From a virus (Duplodnaviria; Caudoviricetes), in the IMG/VR virus record IMGVR_UViG_3300033076_001223, positions 1-55,749 of that record: DNA of 55,749 nucleotides; one strand, 5' to 3'. A program made the position numbers and the translations under genes. How positions within the stretch are numbered: the stretch's first letter is position 1; each line of letters starts with the position of its first letter. The notes beneath the pieces are model-generated. The model was given only the letters and a program-made list of their open reading frames with translations, did not search any database and was not told the origin of the DNA. Below, in pieces: positions 17,387-29,301 of this stretch.

Positions 17387-17560
17387 ATGCAAATCGACAA
17401 GGCTTTTCTGCAAGACGAACTCCAGAAGATGGAGAAGCAGCGCAATCATGCGCATGAGGTGGCTGTCGCGGCGCAGGCCGCGATGGACGTGCTTCAGGCG
17501 CTGATTGCGCGCTTGGACCTTCCAGACGAGCCTGCCGATCCGCCGGTTAGCGATCAGTAA
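17387..17560 (+). CDS. Small coiled-coil protein (57 aa)
   Basis: MQIDKAFLQDELQKMEKQR...; below track cutoff. Confidence 0.65.
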   Translation: MQIDKAFLQDELQKMEKQRNHAHEVAVAAQAAMDVLQALIARLDLPDEPADPPVSDQ

Positions 17561-17575
17561 TAGACTGACCTTTAG

Positions 17576-17600
17576 GCCGCTGCGTTAACTCGCAGCGGCC
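17576..17600 (+). terminator. Stem-loop
   Basis: GGCCGCTGCG-ttaact-CGCAGCGGCC. Confidence 0.5.
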
Positions 17601-17624
17601 GATGGTCTACAAAAGGATTGGCCG

Positions 17625-18293
17625 ATGCGCCCTATTCAGAAAGTTATCGACATCGCGGCGGCGGATGCCAACGGCGTCGCTACCGCTCAGACCCCGGCAG
17701 ACGGCGTTGATCTGACTATCAATGGCGCGCTTGCCTCCGGCGGCGTTGCCACGCCCGCCTACCCCACGTACGTCACGCTGACCAGCAGTGATAATCTCAG
17801 CGCGACCACGTTCACGATTATCGGCAAGGCCACGACGCCCGACACTTCTGGCTCGGTTTACCTGAGCGAGACGATCACCGGGCCGAATAACTCGACGGTG
17901 ACGACCACGAACAAGTTCGTGACGATTACCGCGGTTGAGGTCTCCACCGCTGTTACGTACACCACTCAGACGGTCGAAGTGGGTGTCGCGGCTGTCGGCG
18001 TCGGCGACGGTCCGTGGTGGCCGCTGGACATCTACACCCCCAATCAGGTGACGACGATCTCTTGCAACATTCTTGCGAGCGGCTCGGCCACCTACTCGGT
18101 GCAGTACACCAACGAGGATCCGTTCGACACCTCGATCACGCAGCTCGCCGTCGCCCATCCTGTTGCTGCGCTGACCAGCGCGTCGACTGACCAGACGGCC
18201 TTCACCACGACCCTGATGCGCGCCGTGCGCGTCAACGTGGCGTCGGGCTCCGGTCAGCTTCGCGTGACCGTGGTCCAGCAGTCGACGGTGTAA
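17625..18293 (+). CDS. Virion structural protein
   Basis: T/V-rich beta protein in the structural operon. Confidence 0.7.
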   Translation: MRPIQKVIDIAAADANGVATAQTPADGVDLTINGALASGGVATPAYPTYVTLTSSDNLSATTFTIIGKATTPDTSGSVYLSETITGPNNSTVTTTNKFVTITAVEVSTAVTYTTQTVEVGVAAVGVGDGPWWPLDIYTPNQVTTISCNILASGSATYSVQYTNEDPFDTSITQLAVAHPVAALTSASTDQTAFTTTLMRAVRVNVASGSGQLRVTVVQQSTV

Positions 18294-18296
18294 GCC

Positions 18297-19001
18297 ATGG
18301 CTGTGTCGGGTCCGACCTTCGAGACCAAGGTCCGCCGGGCGCGCGCCGACATCAACGACGCGCTGGGCATGGCGCCGCAGGTGCCGCAGCCGATGACGCT
18401 GCCGCCCATGGGTCTGCCGCCGCAAGGCATGATGCGCCAGCCCATGGCGGTGCAGCCGCAGGCCGTTCCGCTGCAGGGCGCGTATCCGGCGGGGCGGCTG
18501 CCCCTCGGCACGCCTTCCAAGGCTGTGTCGCCTCTCGGCATGCCGCCCCAGAACGGTGCGCTGCACACTGCCTCGATCCAGCAGGCGCAACAGCAGACCG
18601 CGGCGCCGCGCCAGTTCATGGTCGGCGGCTACGTCGAGGCGCCGGATCCCGGGCCGATGGCTCTGAGCAATATGTCGGTGCAGCAGTTGCGGCGCTATTA
18701 CGGCGGCGAGACCGGCACTGACGATGCGCCGCTGCGCTTCGCCAAGGGCGGCGGCGCGTGGACACGCAAGGAGGGCAAGAACCCCGAGGGCGGCCTGAAC
18801 GCCAAGGGGCGCGCCAGCCTCAAGGCACAGGGCCACGACATCAAGCCGCCGGTGAGCGCGAAACTGGCCGCCAAGAGCCCCAAGGCCGCGGCGCGCCGCA
18901 AGAGCTTCTGCGCCCGGATGTCGGGCATGCCGGGGCCGATGAAGGATGACAAGGGGCGCCCCACCCGCAAGGCGCTTTCTCTCCGTAAGTGGGATTGCTG
19001 A
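18297..19001 (+). CDS. Pro/Gln-rich protein fused via FAKGG to a basic DUF6321-like domain
   Basis: AWTRKEGKNPEGGLN.KGR...RRKSFCARM.GM...LRKWDC. Confidence 0.75.
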   Translation: MAVSGPTFETKVRRARADINDALGMAPQVPQPMTLPPMGLPPQGMMRQPMAVQPQAVPLQGAYPAGRLPLGTPSKAVSPLGMPPQNGALHTASIQQAQQQTAAPRQFMVGGYVEAPDPGPMALSNMSVQQLRRYYGGETGTDDAPLRFAKGGGAWTRKEGKNPEGGLNAKGRASLKAQGHDIKPPVSAKLAAKSPKAAARRKSFCARMSGMPGPMKDDKGRPTRKALSLRKWDC

Positions 19002-19015
19002 AAAGGACAAAGATC

Positions 19016-19699
19016 ATGGTTAAGTACGTGAAAGACTTCGAGTTTCCGAATAGCGGCAAGACCCACGTCAAGGGTTACATGCGCGGCGGTTCCTGCGGCT
19101 ACGCCAAGGGCGGCGACGTCGTTTCCACCGGCAAGACCCCCGGCAAGGGGCCCGAGCACACGCTGGGCTTCGCCAAGGGCGGCCACGCCAAGGGTGCCAA
19201 GAGCGGCAAGAGCCTCTCGGTGATGATCGCCGTTGGCCCTGCGAAGGCCATGAAGAAGGCCGCGCCGCCGGTTGGCGCCGCGCCGATCGGCCTGAAGAAG
19301 GGCGGCATGGCCAAGGTCGAGAAGGTCATGGGCGAATACGGCAAGGGCGAGCTGCACAGCGGCTCGAAGGAAGGCCCCGTCGTCAAGAACCCGAAGCAGG
19401 CCGTGGCCATCGCCCTGAGCGAAGCCCGCAAGGCTGGCGCCAAGATCCCGGTGAAGAAGGCTGAAGGCGGCTTGATGGCGAAGCCGGGCATGGGTGCTGC
19501 GACCGACGCCGAGGCCAAGCGCATGATGGCTGCTCGCGTTAAGGGCCCCAGCCGCGCTGAGTTCGACGCGAAGATGAAGGCTCTCGAGGCCGCGCAACAG
19601 CGCCGCGTCAACCCCAAGCTCATGACGCCGGCCGAGCGCGCTATGCTCGGCCGCGAGACGATGATCGGCCGCAAGAAGGGCGGCATGGTCAAGTGCTAG
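19016..19699 (+). CDS. Very basic GG-punctuated protein with DUF6496-like segment
   Basis: YMRGG, YAKGG, FAKGG, LKKGG, KAEGG, RKKGG; KV.KVM.EY..G.LHSG...KQAVAIALSEA. Confidence 0.8.
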   Translation: MVKYVKDFEFPNSGKTHVKGYMRGGSCGYAKGGDVVSTGKTPGKGPEHTLGFAKGGHAKGAKSGKSLSVMIAVGPAKAMKKAAPPVGAAPIGLKKGGMAKVEKVMGEYGKGELHSGSKEGPVVKNPKQAVAIALSEARKAGAKIPVKKAEGGLMAKPGMGAATDAEAKRMMAARVKGPSRAEFDAKMKALEAAQQRRVNPKLMTPAERAMLGRETMIGRKKGGMVKC

Positions 19700-19707
19700 A
19701 GGGGGTG

Positions 19708-19746
19708 GAGGGGCGTTTGGCTTGTTGCTAAACGCCCCTTCCTTTA
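19708..19746 (+). terminator. Rho-independent terminator
   Basis: GAGGGGCGTTTGGC-loop-GCTAAACGCCCCTTC followed by CTTT. Confidence 0.7.
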
Positions 19747-19812
19747 TAGTCTTTCAGCCAGAGATGCCTGCTTTCGGTAGCGGGCTGCTGCGATAACAGC
19801 GGGCAGGATCTT

Positions 19813-20799
19813 ATGGCTTTCTCCAACACCGTGTCTCAGACCACGTTCAACACCGGGCGCGTCATCGACAACGCGTTTCGGCGCTGCAGGATGACAGCGG
19901 AACAAATCACGTCCGAGCATATCGACATTGCCAACGACCAGCTCTACCTGTTCCTGAGCGATCTGGCGAACCAAGGCGCTCCGCTCTGGTGCATCGAGAA
20001 GCAAATCTACCCGCTCTACAACGGTGTGGGCGACATCACGACCACGGACGGCACCGTCGACATTCTCAACGCCAACCTGCGCTACCTGCAGCAGGTGACG
20101 GGCACGAACTTTGATACGTCGACCGAGCGCAAGGTGTTTTTCACCTCGCCGGCCTTCGTGACGAGCGTGGGCATCTTTTGGACAGCCTCCGCGGTGCCGA
20201 TTGTCTTTGAGCGCTCGGACGACGACATTACGTGGGTCGAGATCCAGAGCGAGACGCCTACGGCTTCGGCAGGCGAGAAGACGTGGTACGATCTCGACAG
20301 CAGCGTCGCCAGCGTCTACTTCCGCGTTCGCGCGACCAGCGGCACGCTGTCCTTCGACACGATCTATCTGGGCAACACGCCAACGCAGATACCGCTGGCG
20401 CGCATGAACCGCGACGACTACACGAACCTGCCCAACCTGTTCTTTCAGTCCAATCGCCCGCTGCAGTATTGGTTTGACCGGCAGGTCAACAATCCCATCA
20501 TGCACCTCTGGCCGGTGCCGAACGACGGCGCCGCCACCTACCAGATCGTGCTGTGGCGGCAGCGCTACATCATGGACGTCGGCACCATGACGCAGGAGCT
20601 GGAGATCCCGCAGCGCTGGTATGAGGCGATCGTCTCTGGTCTGGCGGCCAAGCTGGCGCTGGAGATCGTCGAAGTCGATCCGGGCATCATCCCGGTGCTG
20701 GATGCCAAGGCGGCGCAGGCTCTGGCCATCGCGCAGATGGAAGAGCGCGACAACAGCCCAATGATGATTGCTCCGAACATATCCGCATACACGAGGTGA
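19813..20799 (+). CDS. Head-tail adaptor / neck protein with inserted beta domain
   Basis: AFRRC, RP.QYWFDRQ, LWPVP, IPQRWYEAI..GLA motifs. Confidence 0.7.
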   Translation: MAFSNTVSQTTFNTGRVIDNAFRRCRMTAEQITSEHIDIANDQLYLFLSDLANQGAPLWCIEKQIYPLYNGVGDITTTDGTVDILNANLRYLQQVTGTNFDTSTERKVFFTSPAFVTSVGIFWTASAVPIVFERSDDDITWVEIQSETPTASAGEKTWYDLDSSVASVYFRVRATSGTLSFDTIYLGNTPTQIPLARMNRDDYTNLPNLFFQSNRPLQYWFDRQVNNPIMHLWPVPNDGAATYQIVLWRQRYIMDVGTMTQELEIPQRWYEAIVSGLAAKLALEIVEVDPGIIPVLDAKAAQALAIAQMEERDNSPMMIAPNISAYTR

Positions 20800-20802
20800 T
20801 CG

Positions 20803-21027
20803 ATGGAAGGATACATCGACACCCGAGGCATGGCGTATCTGGGCATCGGCATCTGCGATCGCTGCAGCCGCAAGTTCCCGATCGTCGAGCTGTACCGCGA
20901 CCCGAACTTTCCGGGTCTGCGCGTGTGTATCGAAGACCTCGACGTGTTGGATCCGTGGCGCGAGCCCGCTCCGTCCCCCGAGGTCATCTCCCTGCGCCAT
21001 CCGCGCCCTGACGTGGATCTCGGCTGA
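20803..21027 (+). CDS. Small Zn-binding virion protein, paralog A
   Basis: GICDRCSRKFP...PGLRVC...DP...PRPD. Confidence 0.75.
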   Translation: MEGYIDTRGMAYLGIGICDRCSRKFPIVELYRDPNFPGLRVCIEDLDVLDPWREPAPSPEVISLRHPRPDVDLG

Positions 21028-21346
21028 TGCCCAAATTTCTCAACACGCGCGGCAACACGAACCTCGCCATCGGCATCTGCGGGCGCTGCAGCCGCAAGTT
21101 CCCGATCGGCGCGCTGATGCCCGACAACAATTACCCGGGTCTGCTGGTTTGCGAAAAGGATCGCGACGACCTCGACCCCTATCGTTTGCCGGCGCGTCAG
21201 CCGGACAACATCCTGCTGCCCTTTCTGCGGCCCGACACTCCAATCGGCACGAACCCGAACGGCATGGTCACGCAGGACGACAACTACTTCATGATCGTCG
21301 AAGAAACTAACGACTTTCTCATCACCGAAGACGACGAGAACGCGGG

Positions 21347-21350
<4 letters not shown>
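21027..21350 (+). CDS. Small Zn-binding virion protein, paralog B
   Basis: [11 protein letters not shown]...PGLLVC...DP...LRPD. Confidence 0.75.
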
Positions 21351-23932
<2,582 letters not shown>

Positions 23933-23999
23933 GGCATACGGGTTTAATTTGTGAGATACTGGCCCGGCGGGCCGCAACTGAAGGACAAGGAAGCAAACT

Positions 24000-24323
24000 A
24001 TGGCAAACACTTTTAAGAACGGCATCAAGGCCAGCGTTACCACTGTAACCACGGTCTACACGGCTCCCGCGCTCACGACCGCCACCGTCATCGGTCTGGT
24101 CGTCGCGAATGCGGCGGGCGCGGACACCACCGCCACGGTCAAGGTGGTAGACAGTTCCGCCTCGGTCACGGCGAACCTGTGCCTCTCGACGTCTGTGCCG
24201 GCGGCGTCGAACCTCAACGTCTTGAACAACAACAATCGCGTTGTTCTTGAAGCTGGCGACTATATCACCGTCACCTGCGCCGCTGCGTGTGACGTGACTG
24301 TTTCTGTACTGGAGATCTCCTAA
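24000..24323 (+). CDS. Small tail/virion protein
   Basis: MANTFKN...TVYTAP...VLEAGD...VSVLEIS pattern. Confidence 0.75.
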   Translation: MANTFKNGIKASVTTVTTVYTAPALTTATVIGLVVANAAGADTTATVKVVDSSASVTANLCLSTSVPAASNLNVLNNNNRVVLEAGDYITVTCAAACDVTVSVLEIS

Positions 24324-26413
24324 TGAGCGACGGGCGCATCGGCAATAGCAATCAGTATCTGCAGATCAGCGGTGTTGTCAGCGCGCCCGCGTACTCGTTC
24401 GCGAGCGACAACGACACCGGCATCTATCGTATCGGCGCGAATAACATCGGTATCGCCGCCAACGGCTCGAAGGTGCTGGACATCTCCAACACTGCCGTGA
24501 CGATTACTCCGGCTACAACGCTGTCCGCCGCTCTGACGTATGGTGGCGTGACGTTGAGCAATGCTGTGACGGGCACGGGCAATATGGTGCTGTCCGCCAG
24601 CCCGACGCTGACCGGCACGCTAACGGCGGCGGCGGCGAATTTTAGCGGCATTGTTAGTTCGGCCACTGAATTTAGGCTGGCGCAAACTTATTTGCGCGTT
24701 GCAACAGTAGCAGACGCCGGGGGGTGGACGTTTGGCGGGGGGTACAACTTTGCCTTCAACAGCGGCGTTGGCTGGAAGCACGATAGCACCGGAGCACTTT
24801 CCGGTGTCGCTTATAACAACGTCGGATCAATAGGGTTTTTTGCCGCTGGCTCTGCTGCGGCAGGAACTGCTGCTGCTCAAGTTGCTACGTTTGCTTCTAA
24901 TCTTCTTACGTTGTCCCAGCCGCTCAACTATGGCGGCGTGACGCTATCCAACTCCGTCACCGGCACCGGCAGCATGGTTCTCTCGGCCAGCCCGACGCTG
25001 ACTGGTACGCTGACGGCTGCGACGGCGAATTTTAGTGGCGTTGTGAATGTCGGGGCCACTGGTGGTGGCACTTTTTCACTCAACATCAGCACGCCGTCCG
25101 GGACAAACGCCGTTTGCGGCACATACGTCAACGGCACTCGCTACGGTATTTTTGGTTCATCGCAGGGCTCTAGCTCAATCATTACAGGTGATGCTCTAGG
25201 TGAGTTTGGTATCCGCGCTGAAGGTAAAGCTATCAATTTCTCCACAGACAGCGGCACCACAATCAGCGTGCGCATCGGTACGAGTGGCAACCTCGGCATC
25301 GGCATGACGCCGACCAACATTCTGGACATTACGCAAACGCAGAACGCAGCGTCATTGGGTTCTATTTACAACGCGAGCAATGGAGCGTCCGCCAACGCGC
25401 AATGGAGCGCAAAAAACGATAGTAATCAAACCACCCGCATGATTATGCGCGGTTCTGCGAACGCCGGTAATTTTGGTATGAGCGCAGGCGCGGGTGAATT
25501 GTCTACTAATTCCACTGTTGCTTTAGGCGTCGGAACTACAACGGCAACTCCGCTTATTTTCGGCACAAACAACGCCGAGCGTATGCGGCTGGACAGCAGC
25601 GGCAACCTTGGCATCGGTACGACCAACCCCGTACGCAAACTACTTATTTCAAACGGCGGCGCGGAAGGCTTTGAGTTCGGCCCAGGCGAAACTGCGGGCT
25701 ACAATTACATTTTGAATTACAATCGTAATACCAGCGCGTATGTCATCAACCGCCAGTACGCCGCGTCGTATGAGTTCTTGATAGGCGGCACCGAAAAGAT
25801 GCGGCTTGGCTCCGACGGCAGCTTCCTTGTCGGCACCACGACGAACGGCGGGTGGGCCGGTAACGCTATCGGTGAATTTAATACTTCTGTTCAGGGAGCG
25901 TCTTTTTACAATACTGCCAACGGTAGCAATAATTGCGCGGCTCTTTTCAGAACAGACTTTGACGCTTCTCCGCTTTTGCGTTTTTACAAAGGAACGGCTG
26001 CCGCCGGTCAGTTTATTTCCACTGGCGGCGCAACGCCTAATATTCAATGGCTTGCCAATAACGAGGCTTATGTAATTTCCGGCGGCAGCGGAGGCGTGAA
26101 ACTTACCAGCGGCGCTACGGCGTGGGCGTCGGCTTCTGATGAAACGCTAAAAACTGATCTTGCGGCTATTCAGTCTGGTGCCGAAAAGGTTTCGTCGCTG
26201 CGCGCCGTCACTGGTCGATACAAGAGCGATGCAGAGGGCGTCAGCCGTTCTTTCTTGATTGCCCAAGATGTTAAGGCTGTTTTGCCGGAAGCTGTATCTG
26301 AAGACGCAGATGGCGTTCTGTCGCTGCGTTATACAGAAGTGATCCCGCTTCTTGTCGCTGCAATCAAGGAACTGAACGCCCGACTGGCAACTGTTGAAGG
26401 AAAGGTAAACTAA
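24323..26413 (+). CDS. Tail fibre with C-terminal peptidase S74 intramolecular chaperone
   Basis: ERMRLDSSGNLGIGTTNP repeats; SDETLKT...IAQDV..VLPEAV...LRY...LVAAIKEL. Confidence 0.9.
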   Translation: MSDGRIGNSNQYLQISGVVSAPAYSFASDNDTGIYRIGANNIGIAANGSKVLDISNTAVTITPATTLSAALTYGGVTLSNAVTGTGNMVLSASPTLTGTLTAAAANFSGIVSSATEFRLAQTYLRVATVADAGGWTFGGGYNFAFNSGVGWKHDSTGALSGVAYNNVGSIGFFAAGSAAAGTAAAQVATFASNLLTLSQPLNYGGVTLSNSVTGTGSMVLSASPTLTGTLTAATANFSGVVNVGATGGGTFSLNISTPSGTNAVCGTYVNGTRYGIFGSSQGSSSIITGDALGEFGIRAEGKAINFSTDSGTTISVRIGTSGNLGIGMTPTNILDITQTQNAASLGSIYNASNGASANAQWSAKNDSNQTTRMIMRGSANAGNFGMSAGAGELSTNSTVALGVGTTTATPLIFGTNNAERMRLDSSGNLGIGTTNPVRKLLISNGGAEGFEFGPGETAGYNYILNYNRNTSAYVINRQYAASYEFLIGGTEKMRLGSDGSFLVGTTTNGGWAGNAIGEFNTSVQGASFYNTANGSNNCAALFRTDFDASPLLRFYKGTAAAGQFISTGGATPNIQWLANNEAYVISGGSGGVKLTSGATAWASASDETLKTDLAAIQSGAEKVSSLRAVTGRYKSDAEGVSRSFLIAQDVKAVLPEAVSEDADGVLSLRYTEVIPLLVAAIKELNARLATVEGKVN

Positions 26414-26736
26414 TGACAAACACCTACACATGGATCGTTGAATGGATGTCCTGCTACCCGCAGGCCGAGGGCGAAACGGATGTCGTCTTTCAGGTCGGCT
26501 GGCGCTGCAACGCCACGGACGGCACATATAACGCCACGCAGTATGGCTCAGTTGGCGTATCCTATGTGGCTGGCGACCCGTACACCCCTTATGCCGATCT
26601 GACACAGGATCAGGTGCTGGGTTGGATTTGGGCGAACGGCGTCGATCAGGCTGCTGTTGAGGCGGCTCTTGACACCAACATTGCCAATCAGGTCAATCCC
26701 CCTGTCGTAACCCCACCCCTTCCTTGGAGCGCATAA
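26413..26736 (+). CDS. Tail-fibre-associated protein (DUF7936-like)
   Basis: PYADLTQDQVLGW...NP.....LPW. Confidence 0.75.
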   Translation: MTNTYTWIVEWMSCYPQAEGETDVVFQVGWRCNATDGTYNATQYGSVGVSYVAGDPYTPYADLTQDQVLGWIWANGVDQAAVEAALDTNIANQVNPPVVTPPLPWSA

Positions 26737-26891
26737 TGACTCTCGATCTTACCGTTGAACAGATTAACCTGATCCTTGCTGCTCTCGGCAACGCGCCATA
26801 CGCGCAGGTTGCGCCGCTGATTGCGGAAATCCAGAAGCAGGGGCAGAGCCAGTTGCCCGGCGCGCAGGATCCGGTTTCCCCGGAGCCGTAA
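26736..26891 (+). CDS. Small tail-associated protein (51 aa)
   Basis: LTVEQINLILAALGNAPYAQVAPLI; TAATG coupling. Confidence 0.7.
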   Translation: MTLDLTVEQINLILAALGNAPYAQVAPLIAEIQKQGQSQLPGAQDPVSPEP

Positions 26892-26915
26892 AGAACAGAG
26901 GTTTGGAGAGCCGCC

Positions 26916-27188
26916 ATGGCATGGTCTGATGTACTCAAAGCAGTCATTCCTGTCATCGTGGCGGCTCTAGCTTGGCTTCTGGGGCAAGTGTCTTCGACTA
27001 ACGATCGACTTATCAAAGTCGAAAGCGCTATGCCTGCACTCATATCTTCTGAAGGTGTCCCGACCGACAGTCCTCTTTCGGCTGAAAAACGCATGGTGAT
27101 GAAGGAAGCACTGCAGCGGGAAATAAACGATCTGAATGTACGCGTGATGCTTCTTGAGCAATTAAGCAAAAGGCCGCCTGCGCAGTAG
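26916..27188 (+). CDS. Membrane-anchored coiled-coil protein
   Basis: N-terminal TM; GGAG RBS. Confidence 0.65.
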   Translation: MAWSDVLKAVIPVIVAALAWLLGQVSSTNDRLIKVESAMPALISSEGVPTDSPLSAEKRMVMKEALQREINDLNVRVMLLEQLSKRPPAQ

Positions 27189-27227
27189 CGCAAGCGCGCC
27201 AATGATTTCTGTGAAAAGGGACAGCTT

Positions 27228-28295
27228 TTGAAGATAGCCGTTTATGCCATAAGCAAGAACGAGGAGCACTTTGTAGAGCGCTTTTCGAACTCCGCAAAAG
27301 AGGCTGACTATGTTCTCATTGCAGATACCGGAAGCACGGACGGCACTGTCGCCGCTGCGCACGCTTCTGGCTGTATCGTTCATAGTATTTGTATCAGCCC
27401 TTGGCGTTTTGATCTGGCTCGGAACGCCGCTCTGGCGCTTGTCCCGGCTGATGTGGACATTTGCATCTCGCTTGATCTGGACGAGGTCTTAGAGCCCGGT
27501 TGGCGACAGGAGATCGAGCGTGTCTGGCAGGACGACACAACGCGCATGCGCTACTATTTCGACTGGGGCTGCGATATTCGCTTTCGAGCCGAAAAGGTTC
27601 ACAGCCGCAAAGGCTACCTGTGGCATCATCCCTGCCACGAGTACCCGGTGCCGGACGGCCGCATGAAAGAGGTCTGGGCCGAGACAGACATGCTGCTGGT
27701 CCGCCACCTCCCCGATCCGACCAAGAGCCGCGGGCAGTATCTCGACCTGCTGGAGCTCTCGGTCAAGGAAGACCCCGCTTGCCCGCGCAACGCCTTTTAT
27801 TACGCGCGCGAGCTCTACTTCTACCGGCGCTGGGACGAGGCCATCGCCGCCTGCGAGCGCTATCTGGCGATGCCCGCAGCCGTTTGGCCGACCGAGCGCT
27901 GTTACGCCTACCGAGTTCTGGGCAAGTGCTACGAGGAGCTGAAGCGCTTCCGAGACGCAGAAATTGCCTATCATCGAGCTTGCGCCGAGGCCCCGGACAC
28001 GCGCGAGCCGTGGTGCGCCATGGCGCTCCTGATGTACCAGCAAGGACGCTGGGCGGAGAGTTACGCGGCCGCCATGCGCGCCCTGTCGATCCAACATCGG
28101 GATTTGGTCTACACCAACGATCCGGCGGTTTGGGGTTCGCAACCGCACGATCTGGCCAGCATCGCCGCGTGGCACCTCGGCTTGCGCGGCGTGGCTATCG
28201 AACAGGCGCAACTGGCTATCTCGCGCGACCCTACCGACCAGCGTCTGCAAAACAATTTGCAGATCATCCTACAACCCACTGAAAACGCAGCGTAA
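27228..28295 (+). CDS. Glycosyltransferase family 2 with C-terminal TPRs
   Basis: I.KNEE, DTGSTDGT, F..ARN.AL, LDLDE (DxD), HE, then TPR helices. Confidence 0.9.
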   Translation: MKIAVYAISKNEEHFVERFSNSAKEADYVLIADTGSTDGTVAAAHASGCIVHSICISPWRFDLARNAALALVPADVDICISLDLDEVLEPGWRQEIERVWQDDTTRMRYYFDWGCDIRFRAEKVHSRKGYLWHHPCHEYPVPDGRMKEVWAETDMLLVRHLPDPTKSRGQYLDLLELSVKEDPACPRNAFYYARELYFYRRWDEAIAACERYLAMPAAVWPTERCYAYRVLGKCYEELKRFRDAEIAYHRACAEAPDTREPWCAMALLMYQQGRWAESYAAAMRALSIQHRDLVYTNDPAVWGSQPHDLASIAAWHLGLRGVAIEQAQLAISRDPTDQRLQNNLQIILQPTENAA

Positions 28296-28309
28296 AAGGA
28301 GATAAGCGC

Positions 28310-28804
28310 ATGTTTGAGCTATTGGGCGGCGGCATCTTCGGCAGCCTGCTGGGCGGCGTCTTTCGGCTAGTGCCGGAAGTTCTGAAGTGGCTGGACAAGA
28401 AGAACGAGCGCAGCCACGAGCTGCAGATGTTCCAGTCGCAGTGCGCCTTGGAAGAAAAGCGCGGCGCGCAGAAACTGGCGGAGATCGGCGCGCAGCGCGA
28501 CGCCACGCTCGACATCGGCGCCATGTCAGCCTTCCAGTCCGCCATCACGCAGCAGACCGAGATGGTCAAGGCGGCCGGCGGCTGGGCGGCGGCGCTCTCC
28601 GCCTCGGTGCGCCCGGTCATGACCTACTACCTGCTGGTGATCTACGGGCTGGTAAAACTGGTCGTTGTCTCGTCGGAACTCTCGGCTGGGCACACGCTTG
28701 TCCAGACAGTCCCTACACTTTGGTCGAACGACGACATGGCTATTTTCGCCGGCGTCGTTAACTACTATTTTATTGATCGTACACTGGCCAAGCGAGGCCT
28801 GTAA
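28310..28804 (+). CDS. Holin-like membrane protein (3TM/GTA type)
   Basis: W...LSASVRP.MTY...YFIDR; upstream of lysozyme. Confidence 0.65.
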   Translation: MFELLGGGIFGSLLGGVFRLVPEVLKWLDKKNERSHELQMFQSQCALEEKRGAQKLAEIGAQRDATLDIGAMSAFQSAITQQTEMVKAAGGWAAALSASVRPVMTYYLLVIYGLVKLVVVSSELSAGHTLVQTVPTLWSNDDMAIFAGVVNYYFIDRTLAKRGL

Positions 28805-29301
28805 TGGGTGCGGCGCAAAGCTACGTTCGCGGGTCTTTGCCCGAGCGTTTTTGGGTTAAAGTCGATGTTCAAGGCGACGAAGACTGCTGGAACTGGAAAG
28901 CCTCTTTAGACACAAAGGGCTACGGTAATTTTGGCGTCCCGCGCGAGGACGGAACCGGACGTTTTGTAATGAAGCGGGCGCATCGTATTGCGTGGGAGCT
29001 TCTGAACGGCCCGTTGGACGGCTCGCACGTGTTTCTCTGCCATACGTGCGATAATCCAAAATGCGTCAATCCTAGGCATATGTTCCTAGGAGACCACAAA
29101 GCAAATTCGCTTGATTGCGTGGCTAAAGGGCGTTTAGGCGACCGTAAAGGCAAAAAAAACCCGCGCGCTAAACTGACCGATGAAGACGTTCGAAATATCA
29201 GAAAGTCGTCGCTGTCATTGTCCGCTCTTGCCGATTTGTACAAAGTGGCCAAATCCACCGTTGCCGTAGCAAAAAACGGCAGTGGATGGAAACATTTGTG
29301 A
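28804..29301 (+). CDS. HNH homing endonuclease
   Basis: RFW.KV..CW.W..GYG..AHR.AW..CHTCDNPKCVNP.H plus C-terminal HTH; lower GC. Confidence 0.92.
   Translation: MGAAQSYVRGSLPERFWVKVDVQGDEDCWNWKASLDTKGYGNFGVPREDGTGRFVMKRAHRIAWELLNGPLDGSHVFLCHTCDNPKCVNPRHMFLGDHKANSLDCVAKGRLGDRKGKKNPRAKLTDEDVRNIRKSSLSLSALADLYKVAKSTVAVAKNGSGWKHL

Noticed and set aside
24539-25039. Tail-fibre duplication as a DGR template/variable repeat pair
   Set aside because: Differences are mostly synonymous and not adenine-specific; no reverse transcriptase is present
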